Assembly (NCBI GenBank): GCA_951406725.2
Contig: OX597833.1
Location: 17,546,001 to 17,610,000, forward strand
DNA from: Octopus vulgaris
Lineage: Eukaryota
Reading direction: 5' to 3'
DNA length: 64,000 bases
Positions 1-12,975 of the stretch are shown here, in pieces (the stretch's first letter is position 1; each line of letters opens with the position of its first letter). The notes beneath the pieces were generated by a model. It made no database searches. It was not told where the DNA came from and was given only the letters and a program-made list of their open reading frames with translations. The translations under genes were made by a program, and so were the position numbers.

Positions 1-235
<235 letters not shown>

Positions 236-490
236 ATGTATGGGGAGGAGTGTGCACGTGAATATGTGTATGCGCGTGTCTCTGTAAATGTGTGTTGAAA
301 TCATTGAAGGCAGATCAAGTTATCCTCCCTCTTCTCTCAGGTAATATTTCATATTGTTACTTCTCTGTCTTAATTACACTTCCTTCCTTTCTATTTTCTT
401 CCTTCCTTCCTTCTTTCCTTCCTTCCTTCTTTCCTTCCTTCCTTCCTTCTTTTCAGTCTTTGTTTTTGACATTCAATATCTCACTGGCTC

Positions 491-872
491 TCTTTTACTC
501 CCTTTTACTCTTTTACTTGTTTCAGTCATTTTGACTGCGGCCATGCTGGAGCACCGCCTTTAATCTAGCAACTCGACCCCGGGACTTATTCTTTTGTAAG
601 CCCAGTACTTATTCTATCGGTCTCTTTTGCCGAACCGCTAAGTATCGGGGACATAAACACATCAGCATCGGTTGTCAAGCAATGCTATCGGGACAAACAC
701 AGACACACAAACACACACACAAATATATATATACATATATACGACAGGCTTCTTTCAGTTTCCGTCTACCGCCCGAGGCTATAGTAGAAGACACTTGCCC
801 AAGGTGCCATGCAGTGGGACTGAACCCGGAACTATGTGGTTGGTAAACAAGCTACTTACCACACAGCCACTC
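491..872 (-). mobile_element. tRNA-derived SINE family A, small internal deletion
   Basis: Reverse complement of the family A consensus seen at 1872-2297 (GAGTGGCTGTGTGG head, ...GACTGAAACAAGTAAAAGAG tail). Confidence 0.9.
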
Positions 873-1042
873 ATTCATTTCTTTTTAGAAAAGTCGTTTC
901 AATCACTGGTCTGCGGGCACGCTGGAGCACCGCCTTGTATGGGTTTAGCCCAATGGTTCTCAACCGGCGTCAATGTAAGACTATGTAGTTAAAACTTCTG
1001 TATAAAAAATTGTTTCTGCTTCCACAATACGTAAAGTATTTT

Positions 1043-1458
1043 TGTGTGGTAAGAAACTTGCTTCCCAACCACACGGTTCCGGGTTCTGTTCCACTGCGTG
1101 GCACCTTGGGTAAGTACCTTCTACTATTGCCTCGGGCCGATTAAAGCCTTGTGAGTAGATTTCGCAAACGGAAACTGAAAGAAGCCCGTCGTACATATAT
1201 ATGTATATATTTATGTGTGTATGTGTCTTTGTATCTGTGTTTGTTCCCCACAACCACCGCTACCATCGCTAGACAACCGATGTTGGTGTGTTTACGTCCC
1301 CATAACTTAGCAGTTCGGCAAAAACAACCGATACAATAAGCACTAGGTTTACAAAGAATAAGTCCTGGGTTCGATTTGTTCGACTAAAATCCCTTAAGGC
1401 AGTGCTCCAGCATGGCCGCAGTCAACAGTCTGAAACAAATAAAAGAATAAAAGAATAA
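1043..1458 (+). mobile_element. SINE family A
   Basis: Family A head, internal TA/TG tract and AAAGAATA tail. Confidence 0.88.
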
Positions 1459-1477
1459 TTCTTAATAATATTTAATT

Positions 1478-1848
1478 CTGCGACGGACCGGTGTCCCGTC
1501 CAGGTGAGGAACTTATACGCCACGGAAACCGGGAAACCGGCCCTTATGAACCAGGCATGACTCGAGAAGGAACAAACAAACACTTATTAAGACAATAGCA
1601 GTTTAGTTAATTGCATATTCAAAATTGTAATTAGTTTACTAAGTTACCAAGCTTCACGCGGCCCCGGCAGAAGGTAATGGCGAACTTCTGCTGACTCTTT
1701 CGCCATAATTTTCTCTCACTCTTTCCTCTTGCATCTTGCAGCTCACCTGCGACGGACCGGCGTCCCGTCCAGGTGGGGAACCTATACGCCAAGGGAAACG
1801 GGAAACCGGCCCTTATGAGCCAGGCATGGCTCGAGAAGGAACAAACAA
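1478..1848 (+). mobile_element. Two 5'-truncated SINE family C copies (1478-1580, 1650-1848)
   Basis: Both match the 3' part of the full copy at 9260-9563 (CTGCGACGGACCGGCGTCCCGTCCAGG...GAAGGAACAAACAA). Confidence 0.85.
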
Positions 1849-1871
1849 TATTTAATTAGATAAAAATGCAC

Positions 1872-2041
1872 GCGCAGGAGTGGCTGTGTGGTAAGTAGCT
1901 TGCTTACCAACCACATGGTTCCGGGTTCAGTCCCACTGCGTGGCATCTTGGGCAAGTGTCTTCTACTATAGCCTCAGGCCGACCAAAGCCTTGTGAGTGG
2001 ATTTGGTAGACGGAAACCGAAAGAAGCCCGTCGTATGTACA

Positions 2042-2073
<32 letters not shown>

Positions 2074-2297
2074 CGTGTATGTTTGTGTGTCTGTGTTTGT
2101 CCCCCTAGCAATGCTTGACAACCGATGCTGGTGTGTTTATGTCCCCGTAACTTAGCGGTTCGGCGAAAGAGACCGATAGAATAAGTACTGGGCTTACAAA
2201 GAATAAGTCCCGGGGTCGAGTTGCTCGACTAAAGGCGGTGCTCCAGCATGGCCGCAGTCAAATGACTGAAACAAGTAAAAGAGTAAAAGAGAGTAAA
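1872..2297 (+). mobile_element. SINE family A, full-length reference copy
   Basis: A-box-like TGGCTGTGTGG, B-box-like GGTTCAGTCCC, internal microsatellite after GAAGCCCGTCG, (GAGTAAAA)n tail. More than 15 copies occur in the window. Confidence 0.92.
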
Positions 2298-2909
2298 GGA
2301 TATACACCGATTAACTATGGAGATCCCGTAGAATTAAATGGAAATCAAAAAGATTCCATAGGCAAAATAATGGTTTAAAACCACTGATTTTGTAGAAGCA
2401 AATCGGCCCACCGTGTACGTTTTTATTAAGGTTCGTACTTCTCTCGTACATCTATCATTACCATCACCCCCACCACCACCCCACCACCCTCACCACTACC
2501 ACCACCACCACCACCACTATGGTATGAGAACTATAATGATGAAGATGGTGACGATGGCAGTTACTGTCAACAGTGACCATCATCAACAGTAACTGTGAGC
2601 AATGAGTGCAAAGCAGACGTTACCAAGTACCAATTTAAAACCAATCTACGACGTACCAGAGTCTGTTATTTATCTTATCAACAGGACCAGTTTTCGCTCT
2701 GAATAAAACTTCTCACTGTTCTTCTTTTCTCTCACTGATAATATAAACAACTATAATGGCAAATCGCTAAAACTTTCTGGACTCCAAAATTAGAAAAAAA
2801 ATTTACTGCCACTCAAACTTAATTGTATTTTTCATTCAATTTTCTTTTCCATTTATCACCTTGTGATTTTCTTGAAATATCGTTTTAATCTTATAAACAA
2901 TTATCTAAT

Positions 2910-3137
2910 ATCGGTTTCAAATTTTGGTACAAGGCCAGCAATTCTGGAGGAGAGGGTTGGTCGATAACATCGATTCCCGACCACCCGGTGTTTAGCTGGT
3001 ACTTATTTTAACGAGTCCGAAAGAATGGAAAGCAAAACTGACCTCGGCAGAATTTGAACTCAGAACGTAAAGACGTAGGAAAAGTCGCTAAGCATTTCTG
3101 CCCGGTGTGCTAACGATTCTGCCAGCTCACTGCCTTA
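2910..3137 (-). mobile_element. SINE family B monomer
   Basis: Reverse complement of GGCGAGCTGGCAGAATCGTTAGC...GAGTTCAAATTC...GGTCGACTTTGCCTTTCATCCTTTCGGG. Confidence 0.85.
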
Positions 3138-3291
3138 AACAGCGTATGAATTTTGATTTCAGCAAAATAGGGGTAACGTATCCTGTTCAGGGTATGCTAT
3201 TAGCATTATCCTGCGTTTGAGAATTTAAAATCACTTCTTTAACTTTCTAAGACATCTCAACGCTTCTAAAGCAAACTTTAATTTGAATTTA

Positions 3292-3376
3292 ATGTGTGTG
3301 TGTATGTGTTTGTGTGTGTCTGTGTGTGTGTGGTGTGTGTGTCTGTGTGTCTGTGTCTGTGTGTGTGTGTATGTGT

Positions 3377-3461
<85 letters not shown>

Positions 3462-3474
3462 TGTGTGTCTGTGT
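3292..3474. repeat. (TG)n microsatellite
   Basis: Directly visible. Confidence 0.95.
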
Positions 3475-3542
3475 AAAAAATTTTTTTCAGAATGATAAAA
3501 AAACCAAGGCTGTGAAAATTTTAGAAGATTTATAAATAGAGG

Positions 3543-3590
3543 GTCTTACAACTGTTTCCAGGATATTTATTATATCCCTTCATCGGAGAC
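3543..3590 (-). ncRNA. Minimal hammerhead-like motif (U4>C, probably inactive); same family as 10015-10066
   Basis: Minus strand reads GTCT-CCGATGA-A-GGGATAT-AATAA-ATATCCT-G-GAAA-CAGTTG-TA-AGAC. Confidence 0.6.
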
Positions 3591-3780
3591 GGTGTGAGAT
3601 GATGGTTAAGCCTATAGTTAATTTAGATAAGATACGAAATGATGGGTCGAAACAATTGTAGTGATTTATAAATATTCTGGTATCTTCCATCTCTCTCATT
3701 ATTCAAATACCCAACAAACACTGAGAAAGCTACCAGATGTATACCATTCGATTGTTAGCACGCATATGTTACTCGAGCTA

Positions 3781-3825
<45 letters not shown>

Positions 3826-3854
3826 CGTGTGTGTGTGTATCATTTATATATATA

Positions 3855-4240
3855 CTAGCAGTATCGCCCGGCGTTGCTCGGGTTTGTAAGGGAAATAACT
3901 ATATAAGCATTTTTAGAGAGTTATAGCCAAAAAATGCATTAAAAATGGAAAAAAATGATGGTAACTTTTTTTAAATCGTTGACTCATCGTAGACATTTTT
4001 AGAGAGTTACTTCCCTTATATAATCGCGAAAAAAATGCATTTAAATGGAAAAAAATGATGGTAATTTTTTTTTAAATTGTAGACTCATCGTAGACGCGCG
4101 CGCTAATACCCAGAAGGGCTCGATATGAATCACGACTATAAGATACCCGGTTTTGGTTAAAATGCACCGCAAAATGTGGGAGTAGTTAGGAATCTAAATC
4201 GTAGGAGACAGACACACAACTTGACTTTTATATATAAAGA
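3855..4240 (-). mobile_element. Non-autonomous Helitron
   Basis: Minus strand starts A|TC, ends CTAG|T, with subterminal hairpin CCCGAGCAACGCCGGG. It has an internal ~90-100 bp direct repeat. A second copy is at 49223-49616. Confidence 0.88.
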
Positions 4241-4513
4241 TGTGTGTGTAAGCGAGTAATATATGCGCGCTAACAAAAAAATATATGAGTGTGTATGCCT
4301 TACAACGGATAAGTATATAACATTATTAAAGGTAAACAGATGTAACTTCAGTAATTTTAAACTAAAACCACAAAATATTGAACAACAACCGTTGCGTGTA
4401 AAAATCCTTATTACTGAATATATACAAAGATTGTGAAAGGGTGACGCTGTAAATAGGTTCTATGTAGAGACAAGTTTATGCGCATCATTCTAGTATGTAT
4501 GATAGCACACATA

Positions 4514-4564
<51 letters not shown>

Positions 4565-4665
4565 TGTGTGTGTGTGCGTGTGTGTGTGTGTGTGTGTGCG
4601 TACGTGCGTTTGTGTGTTTGTGTGTGTTGTGTGTGTGTATGCATAAATATATATATATGCATATA

Positions 4666-4699
<34 letters not shown>

Positions 4700-4701
<2 letters not shown>

Positions 4702-4900
4702 CTTTTACATGTTTCAATCATTAGACTGTGGCCATGCTGGAGCACCACCTTGAATTTTTAGTCGAATGATTTGAGCCCAGGACATATCTTTTAAGCCTGG
4801 TACATATTCTATCGGTTTTTTTGCTGAACTGCTAAGTTATAGTGACGCAAACACCAGCTATCAATCAATGGTTAGTGGGGAGGACAAACACAGAAACACA
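4700..4900 (-). mobile_element. SINE family A, 3' half
   Basis: Tail and 3' body present; ends in the internal (CA)n tract. Confidence 0.8.
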
Positions 4901-4901
4901 C

Positions 4902-5610
<709 letters not shown>

Positions 5611-5628
5611 GTATATATGTGTGTGTGT

Positions 5629-5690
<62 letters not shown>

Positions 5691-5717
5691 GTATATGTAT
5701 ATATATATATGTATATG

Positions 5718-5764
<47 letters not shown>

Positions 5765-6018
5765 ACACATATATTTATATGTATTTATGTGTGTATGTAT
5801 CTATATAGATATATAGTACCTATGTCTATATATATATACATATATATATGTACACACACATATGTATATATATACATATATGTGTGTGTATGTATGTATG
5901 TATATGTATATATGCACATTTCTCCCTCCTATACGCATTATCTCTCTCTTTCTCTCGTTCTTCCTATTATTTCCTATACACACACGTCTATCATCACTCA
6001 CACCAACTCCCCCCCCCG

Positions 6019-6070
<52 letters not shown>

Positions 6071-6544
6071 TACCACAAACATCTGATACACATAGAGCAA
6101 GTCCCTGACTATATTTCTTTCTCTCCATCATCTCTTCGACACATGTATTAATATCTGCTTCTGTATTTTTGCACTTATCTTCATCGTCAACATATCTGCG
6201 AACATTTCTTCACCAGATACACACATTCTTTGTTTCATTCATTAGTTCTTTTTCTTTTCTTTTTTTTTTCTTTTCACTTTCCTATTCTCACACACAACGC
6301 TCCTCATTTCCTGTTTAATCTCAGACACTATTCCTATAGAAGACAAAACAGTGGTAAGTGGGTTACTGGGGTTAGATTCGCCACCTTTCAGTTCCACATA
6401 CGCTGAGGATACTGCATCGAGGAAACGATCAGTCTACGAAATACAAATATGGTATCATGTATATAGTGAGCTTGAAGACTTTGGCATTTCAACCAACCAT
6501 ATCCAGCCCAAATATTCTACCTGTTCAAAGCGATCAGACCAGGC

Positions 6545-6695
6545 TAAACTCATTTCTACAGCTGGGTGGGCTGGACCAATGTGAAATTAAGTGTTTTGGC
6601 TCAAGAACACAAAGCATTATCCGGTCCAGGAATCGAAACCACAACCTTACGATCGTGAGTCCAACACCTTAACCACTAAGCCACTCGCCTCCACT
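6545..6695 (-). mobile_element. tRNA-like SINE head (family D-related)
   Basis: Minus strand reads GGAGGCGAGTGGCTTAGTGGTTAAGG...GGTTTCGATTCC...GTTCTTGAGC; similar to the copies at 28958 and 59087. Confidence 0.75.
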
Positions 6696-6985
6696 CTTGC
6701 GAGGTACGACCTGTAATATTCATATTCAGCCAGGAGTTAATGAGGTAAGCTGAGTAGAAGAGCTCCCATCAAACAGACTTTACAAAGTTATTCCCTACTG
6801 AATTCAAATTATTTTCGTTGCTAATATCCTTTGGAGAATAATGAACGGTACAACTTTCTATTTACTATTCTCTTAACATACAGAACTTAATGCCTTACAT
6901 AAAAACCTCATTAAATGAATGTGCTCCAAGTTTGTGTAGTACAACAAAATATGTCTTTGCTACTGCTACCATAAAAATAATGAAA

Positions 6986-7815
6986 TAAAATAGCCATCTA
7001 CGTATCATACTTAATGTATATACATTGTTGTCGTTCGGCTATTCACGTTGGTGTTTTCCTGAGATAACGTCTCTTACGGGCGTTCTGTCCTAAAGCGCAA
7101 TAACTATCAGAGAGATGAAAATTCGTCCTAGCAGTGGCCGGCGAGAAAGCCTCCCTATGGTTGTCAAAATTGGTGGGGACCAACACAAACAAACACACAC
7201 ACACACACATACACACACACACACACACACACAACTGGCTTCTTTTAGTTACCGTTTACAAAATTCATTCACAAGGCATTTGTTGGTCCAGGGCTATGAC
7301 GGAAGATGTTTGCCCAAGGTGAAACTGCTTTTCAATAGCATGCACTCGTAGCCGGCCACATTCTCGAATTAGAGCTCATGATCTCTGAAGTAGAAAACAA
7401 AAATGAAATTCACAGATGTTGCGAAAAGCTGCCAGGTTGAATAAATATCCTGTATACGCATTTGAGATAGTATTAAGTTAAAATAGCCATCTATGTGGCG
7501 TATTTAATATATAGACTCTGTCATCGATAAGCCAGTTACTGCAGTATTTGTCTTGTAATAACATCTCTTATGGGCTTGCTGTGCTAAAAACAAAATTAAT
7601 ATCTCAGGGAACGAAAATTTGTCCCAGCAGCAGCCATTGAGAACGTTAGTTACATTTCGGCCTTTGCAATGGCGCGTACTGGCAGCCAGCAACGCGTGGG
7701 AATTCGTCGTCCTTGGTAGAAGAAAATGAAACTAAAACATTCGCTGATGTTGCAAATAGCAGTCTGCCTGAATAAAAAATCCGGTATAAGCCATTAAAGC
7801 AGGATTAAATTAAAT
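6986..7815. repeat. Diverged tandem duplication (~330 bp unit); first copy interrupted by a SINE A fragment (~7157-7350)
   Basis: Collinear anchors: TAAAATAGCCATCTA (6986/7479), TCTCTTA(C/T)GGGC, GAAAATT(C/T)GTCC(T/C)AGCAG, GATGTTGC, TGAATAAA. Confidence 0.7.
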
Positions 7816-8206
7816 TTTAAAATATTGAAATGATAATAAATGTTCAATCTGTTTCAATAAAGGTTTAGAATTTATACCGCAAAATTCTACATTACTCTTC
7901 TGTCTCTGAAGACAGACGTCTTTTGTAATAAATGGTTAAGGCAGCAAAGAGGCAAAGAGGTATTAATTTCTGAAGGAAGAAATGTTGAGAATACCCAGGT
8001 AGCGTATTACCAATGTTAATTATATATTTCTGTAGATAAAATTTCAGAAGCTTCAGGAATCAAATTGTTAGTGTGACAAGAAAATGCTGACTGGCTTTTA
8101 AGTAATTTCATGCAACGAAATATTCTGAGGGACCTTTTAACCTTTTCCCTTCAAATATATATCCCGTGCCTTAGTTGTATTCATAACTATATTGAATATA
8201 TGTACT

Positions 8207-8266
<60 letters not shown>

Positions 8267-8548
8267 CTGATTAACCGATGTCATATAACATTCTAATCAG
8301 CAAAGCGAATTATCATCATTTTTGGTAATCAGGTTGGCGACTATACATACATACATACATATATACATAATATCATATCATATCATATTATATTATATTA
8401 TATTATATTATATTATATTATATTATATTACATTATGTTATATTATATTATAATATATTACATTATATACACGCACACACACGCTGATATATATATATAT
8501 ATGTGTCTGTACACACATATATACATTTATACATATATATATATATAC

Positions 8549-8662
<114 letters not shown>

Positions 8663-9011
8663 ATACACACACATGCACGCACATAGAGGAGTGGGAGAGA
8701 ACAGGAAGTTTAAATTCCAGTAAAATCAAATTACATTGATCTAGGAATAATATATGTAACTGTGTACAGGAAATTAAAATTCCTTAACGTATTGTAAGTA
8801 AGTAGGCTAAGCAAAGATATACAAGAGGTAACTAGTTCTCTTAGCTTTTTTGTTTGGATCGTTACAATATATCTTTCACAGTTTCGATATAGTTTTCCTC
8901 TTTCTCTCTCTTTCGGTTTATATTCGCCCACCCCTGAGAAAAAAAAAAGAATATTCCAGAACGAAATTTTTAAAATGCGTTAAATTGCATTCATTCATTT
9001 TTTCTTATATA

Positions 9012-9240
9012 TGAGGGGTTGTTGGAAAGTTCCTGGTTTTGGGTTAAAAGAAGATACAGAAGGATCTGTTAATTATGAATTTACTCAACCTATTCCGCCC
9101 CCCTCGGATTCACACAATTATTGTTCCTTCAGAGTTCCTTCAGTTTTTCTAAGCCCTGTAAAAGAACTCGGAAGGTTGGGCTTCCAGCCAGGCCTTTCAT
9201 AACACTTTTAAAGCCAGGAACTTTTCAGCACCCACTCACG
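9012..9240 (+). mobile_element. Mariner-type MITE
   Basis: TIRs of the CGAGGGGTGCTGAAAAGTTCCTGG type. Further copies at 11738, 22190, 27773 and 42633. Confidence 0.85.
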
Positions 9241-9259
9241 TGTATATGTGTGTGTGTGT

Positions 9260-9563
9260 AGGCACATGGCCTTGTGGTTAGAGCAGCGGACTCGTGGTCG
9301 AGGGATCGCGGGTTCGAATCTCAAACCAGGCGATGTGTGTGTTTATGAGCGAAACACCAAAGCTCCACGCGGCTCCGGCAGAAGGTAATGGCGAACTTCT
9401 GCTGACTCTTTCGCCACAACTTTCTCTCACTCTTTCCTCATGCATCTAGCAGCTCACCTGCGACGGACCGGCGTCCCGTCCAGGTGGGGAACCTATACGC
9501 CAAAGAAACCGGGAAACCGGCCCTATTAGCCAGGCGTGGCTCGAGAAGGAATAAACAACAACA
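9260..9563 (+). mobile_element. SINE family C, full length
   Basis: A box TGGCCTTGTGG, B box GGTTCGAATCTC. The 3' region (GCGACGGACCGGCGTCCCGTCCAGG...GAAACCGGGAAACCGGCCC) resembles the Meta/V-type conserved SINE domains as I recall them. (AAC)n tail. Confidence 0.88.
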
Positions 9564-9576
9564 ATATGTATATATA

Positions 9577-9756
9577 TAGTGCTCTTAGCTTAGTTTTTCC
9601 TTGGGGCTGGCCAGATTGGAGCAATCTCAAGATTAATCAGCCGAAATTGCGAGGATGATCCGGTTCCTGACTGAAGAATAAAGGCTTCGAATGACCCATT
9701 CGTGTTTTTTGTATCGTCTATCTGGATGTTTTGCATTCTTGTCCCATTTTGTATTT
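9577..9756 (+). repeat. Short interspersed repeat flanked by (TA)n; inverse copy at 15933-16160
   Basis: The two copies are near-identical reverse complements (GCTCTTAGCTTAGTTTTTCCTTGGGGCTGGCCAG...). Class uncertain; possibly a PLE terminus. Confidence 0.75.
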
Positions 9757-9767
9757 ATATATATGTA

Positions 9768-9833
<66 letters not shown>

Positions 9834-10014
9834 AGGTATTGGTACCCAGAAAATCCAAGATGGCAGGTAAGGCTATGTAAGCGCTATGGAAAAACAGTAG
9901 TTAAACTTCGGTTCGATAATAATACGAGTGAGGAGTCTAATGTGGGTCTTGTATGAGCATGTATATGTTGAATAAAGCTGTGTGGAATTTTCAGGACATC
10001 TATAAAGAGAAAGT

Positions 10015-10066
10015 TTGTCTTACAGCTGTTTCTGGAATATTGGAGATATCCCTTCATCAGAAGCAA
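10015..10066 (-). ncRNA. Minimal hammerhead ribozyme motif with canonical core
   Basis: Minus strand reads TTGCTT-CTGATGA-A-GGGATAT-CTCCA-ATATTCC-A-GAAA-CAGCTG-TA-AGACAA. Stem III is palindromic. Confidence 0.7.
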
Positions 10067-10595
10067 TGTGAGATGGTTACATAGATGTAAGTAGTAGAGT
10101 TTAATATAAGGAGTTATTTTGGAAAAGGTTGGAAATAAGAAGTATAAAGGGAATAAAAGTCAAAATAAAAATATATGTAAGATGTTATAGCTACAGTTTC
10201 ATTATATAAGGAAAGTGGTGTGTAGAAGTGGTAAGAGTGCTTCTACCACCAGAAGAAGAAAAATAATTTTAAAAGTCCAGGCACATATCAATAAAACCTC
10301 AAGTCGTAAGGCGAATTTTACAATTAAAGATGTGATTCTCTCTACACGTAATTTTCTTGTTATATATATAGTTGGAATTAACAAAAAAAAAAAATACGGG
10401 TGTGCAATTTCGGGATGTTAATTTTTTTTTTTTTTTGTGCCAAATAAATACATGTACTATATATTTTTTGCGGTGCGTGTGTTTATTTAGCAAAAGAAAA
10501 AATGACCATCCCGATATACAACAGTATCTGTTTCAACATATGATTTCACATCAAGAATCTTGCAAAACGAATTCACACACACACACCCATACATT

Positions 10596-10648
<53 letters not shown>

Positions 10649-10697
10649 ACGTATATATGTGTGTGTGTATATATACATGTATATATATATATGTATG

Positions 10698-10802
<105 letters not shown>

Positions 10803-11605
10803 CGTACAGATTGTGCACAAAAGATCCAATCAACATTCTTCGTACCGATAAAAACCATTACACAATAAGATCTCGGATGTTTTGATTTTCTGTAGACATA
10901 AATATTTCTCAGCTTTTAAATTTTTCTCTCCATAAATGATCAAACTCCACATAATTTTAACCTTCAACCGTTGTTATATTTTGGACTCATTTTAAAGTAA
11001 GTGTTTTTTCAATCTATTTAAACACTAAACTTCAACATTTATTTTATTTCATGCGCCTGAAGAGCATGTACTTTCGCGCCAAACTTCAAATATTGAAAAT
11101 TTTAAAAAAATTTTAACATATTTTTTTTAATTTTTAAAAAATTTCTTAAATCCTTTTAAGTCATTTTTAAAGAAAGAAATGCGGATAACTGAGATGGATG
11201 GAAATGGTCCGCCCATGTCATACCACATGTTCTCGAAACGGCCGTAAGAATTTGAACTTTGAATAGAATTATCTATGGATCCCTCTTTAAATCATTTTGA
11301 ATCACTCTTTCATTCATTTGATAACTTGGATTAATGCAATATTGACCGTGCATGTATAATTGTCTTTTCATTGATTCCAAACACGTACATACAATTTCAT
11401 ACAATGTCATGCGAGTATATTTATGTTTTATATTTTATATTTATATTTACGTATATTTTTATGAAGTATTCGGATGTTGAGAAATCTGACGAAATGAATT
11501 CTGACTCCTGAAATTTGTTCTCTTTTTATTAATTTTTATGTTTCATTTTGCTCAATAGAGCGCTAAGTTGATCTGTACAGGGAGTTATTCTCCTTTCTAT
11601 CTGAT

Positions 11606-11882
<277 letters not shown>

Positions 11883-12029
11883 TTCTCAAGAAAACATAGA
11901 GGACTAATAAAGAAATGCGAAGAAGTTTTAATAAGTAAAATTGGAGGATAGTTGTAGTTTTGAAAACAACTCAACACGCATACATACATACATACATACA
12001 TACATACACACAAACACACATACATACAT

Positions 12030-12060
<31 letters not shown>

Positions 12061-12094
12061 TACATACATACATACATACATACATACATACATA

Positions 12095-12975
12095 CGTAAA
12101 CATCAACACAAGGAACATTGGGAAACCTTCTATGAAAGCATCGACCAATGACAAACATAACAGGTCGGACATTGTAGTTTGTAACACAAAACAAAATACC
12201 ATCATAGAAGTCAGACATCCTGTTGTTGTGAATACCGTAAATCCTCGAGTGTAATGCGCATGAGATTTTTAGGGGGCTATACCTCTGAAAAACCTAAACT
12301 TTGTGTATAATACGCACCCCTTCTCTAACTTGAGTCAAGGAGGTCTATATAACGTCCTTGGCTTGTAAAAATGTATACGGTAACGTCCTTTGTTATTATT
12401 GTATATATAACATAATGCAAACGTGTAGCTTTTTTGTGCATTTTGTTTGCAGAAAATAAAGAAATAACAGTAATAACGTTTAATAAATGTTGCTTACTGC
12501 AAGTTATGGATGATTCTTTTATGACTTCATTGCTTTCAGGCTTAGCTTAAGGTATTTTTGCACCCAACATCACAAAATGCGTCTGAATAATCCTTGCCGG
12601 ACAGCAAATAGAGACTCGGACATTGCTTAGAAAATAATTTTCATTTTTAACCTCGTATATAGTATGCACTAGGGATTTTGACCTTTAAATTTTGGGAAAA
12701 ATGCGGATTTATACTCGAGGATTTACGGTATCTCTTTGAAAATCAAAGGAAAATAGGATGAGAACGAACAGCTGCTTCGAAACCTCCTGTTTCTATACAC
12801 ATATTATAATTTCATGTTTATATAAATAATGATTATTGGACTTCTTGGCTTTGTGAATAAATGCCTGAGTGACAATCCGGAAAGGTTTTCGGGAGAAGGG
12901 AATCAAGAGCGAACCCAAACATTACAAACACAATCTGTAAAAGAAGGAGTAAAAATACGCCCGACTTTTGATACC
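12095..12975 (+). pseudogene. RLE (PD-D/ExK) endonuclease remnant of an early-branching non-LTR retrotransposon, split by a MITE
   Basis: Removing 12235-12730 joins KHNRSDIVV..TIIEVRHPVVVN to ISLKIKGK*..LLRNL..IIGLLGFVNKCL..TLQTQSV..VKI in frame. This matches the RPD..E..P..K..IIG.LG layout of R4/NeSL/Hero-type elements. Confidence 0.72.
12235..12728. mobile_element. Tc1/mariner-superfamily (pogo-like) MITE
   Basis: TIRs CCGTAAATCCTCGAGTGTAA / TTATACTCGAGGATTTACGG, with TA on both sides. Confidence 0.9.

Larger units (their letters stand above)
951..2386. mobile_element. Old hAT-like MITE interrupted by SINE copies
   Basis: Termini CAATGGTTCTCAACC (951) and GGTTTAAAACCACTG (2386) are imperfect inverted repeats of the CAGTGGTTCTCAA type. 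No TSD is recoverable. Confidence 0.5.

Noticed and set aside
672-992. Recurring peptide RRHLPKVPRSGTEPGTMW in many ORFs
   Set aside because: It is the antisense translation of the SINE A head, not a gene family.
9260-9335. tRNA gene
   Set aside because: The tRNA-like head runs directly into a SINE body, with no clean acceptor stem or terminator. The same holds for the other SINE heads.
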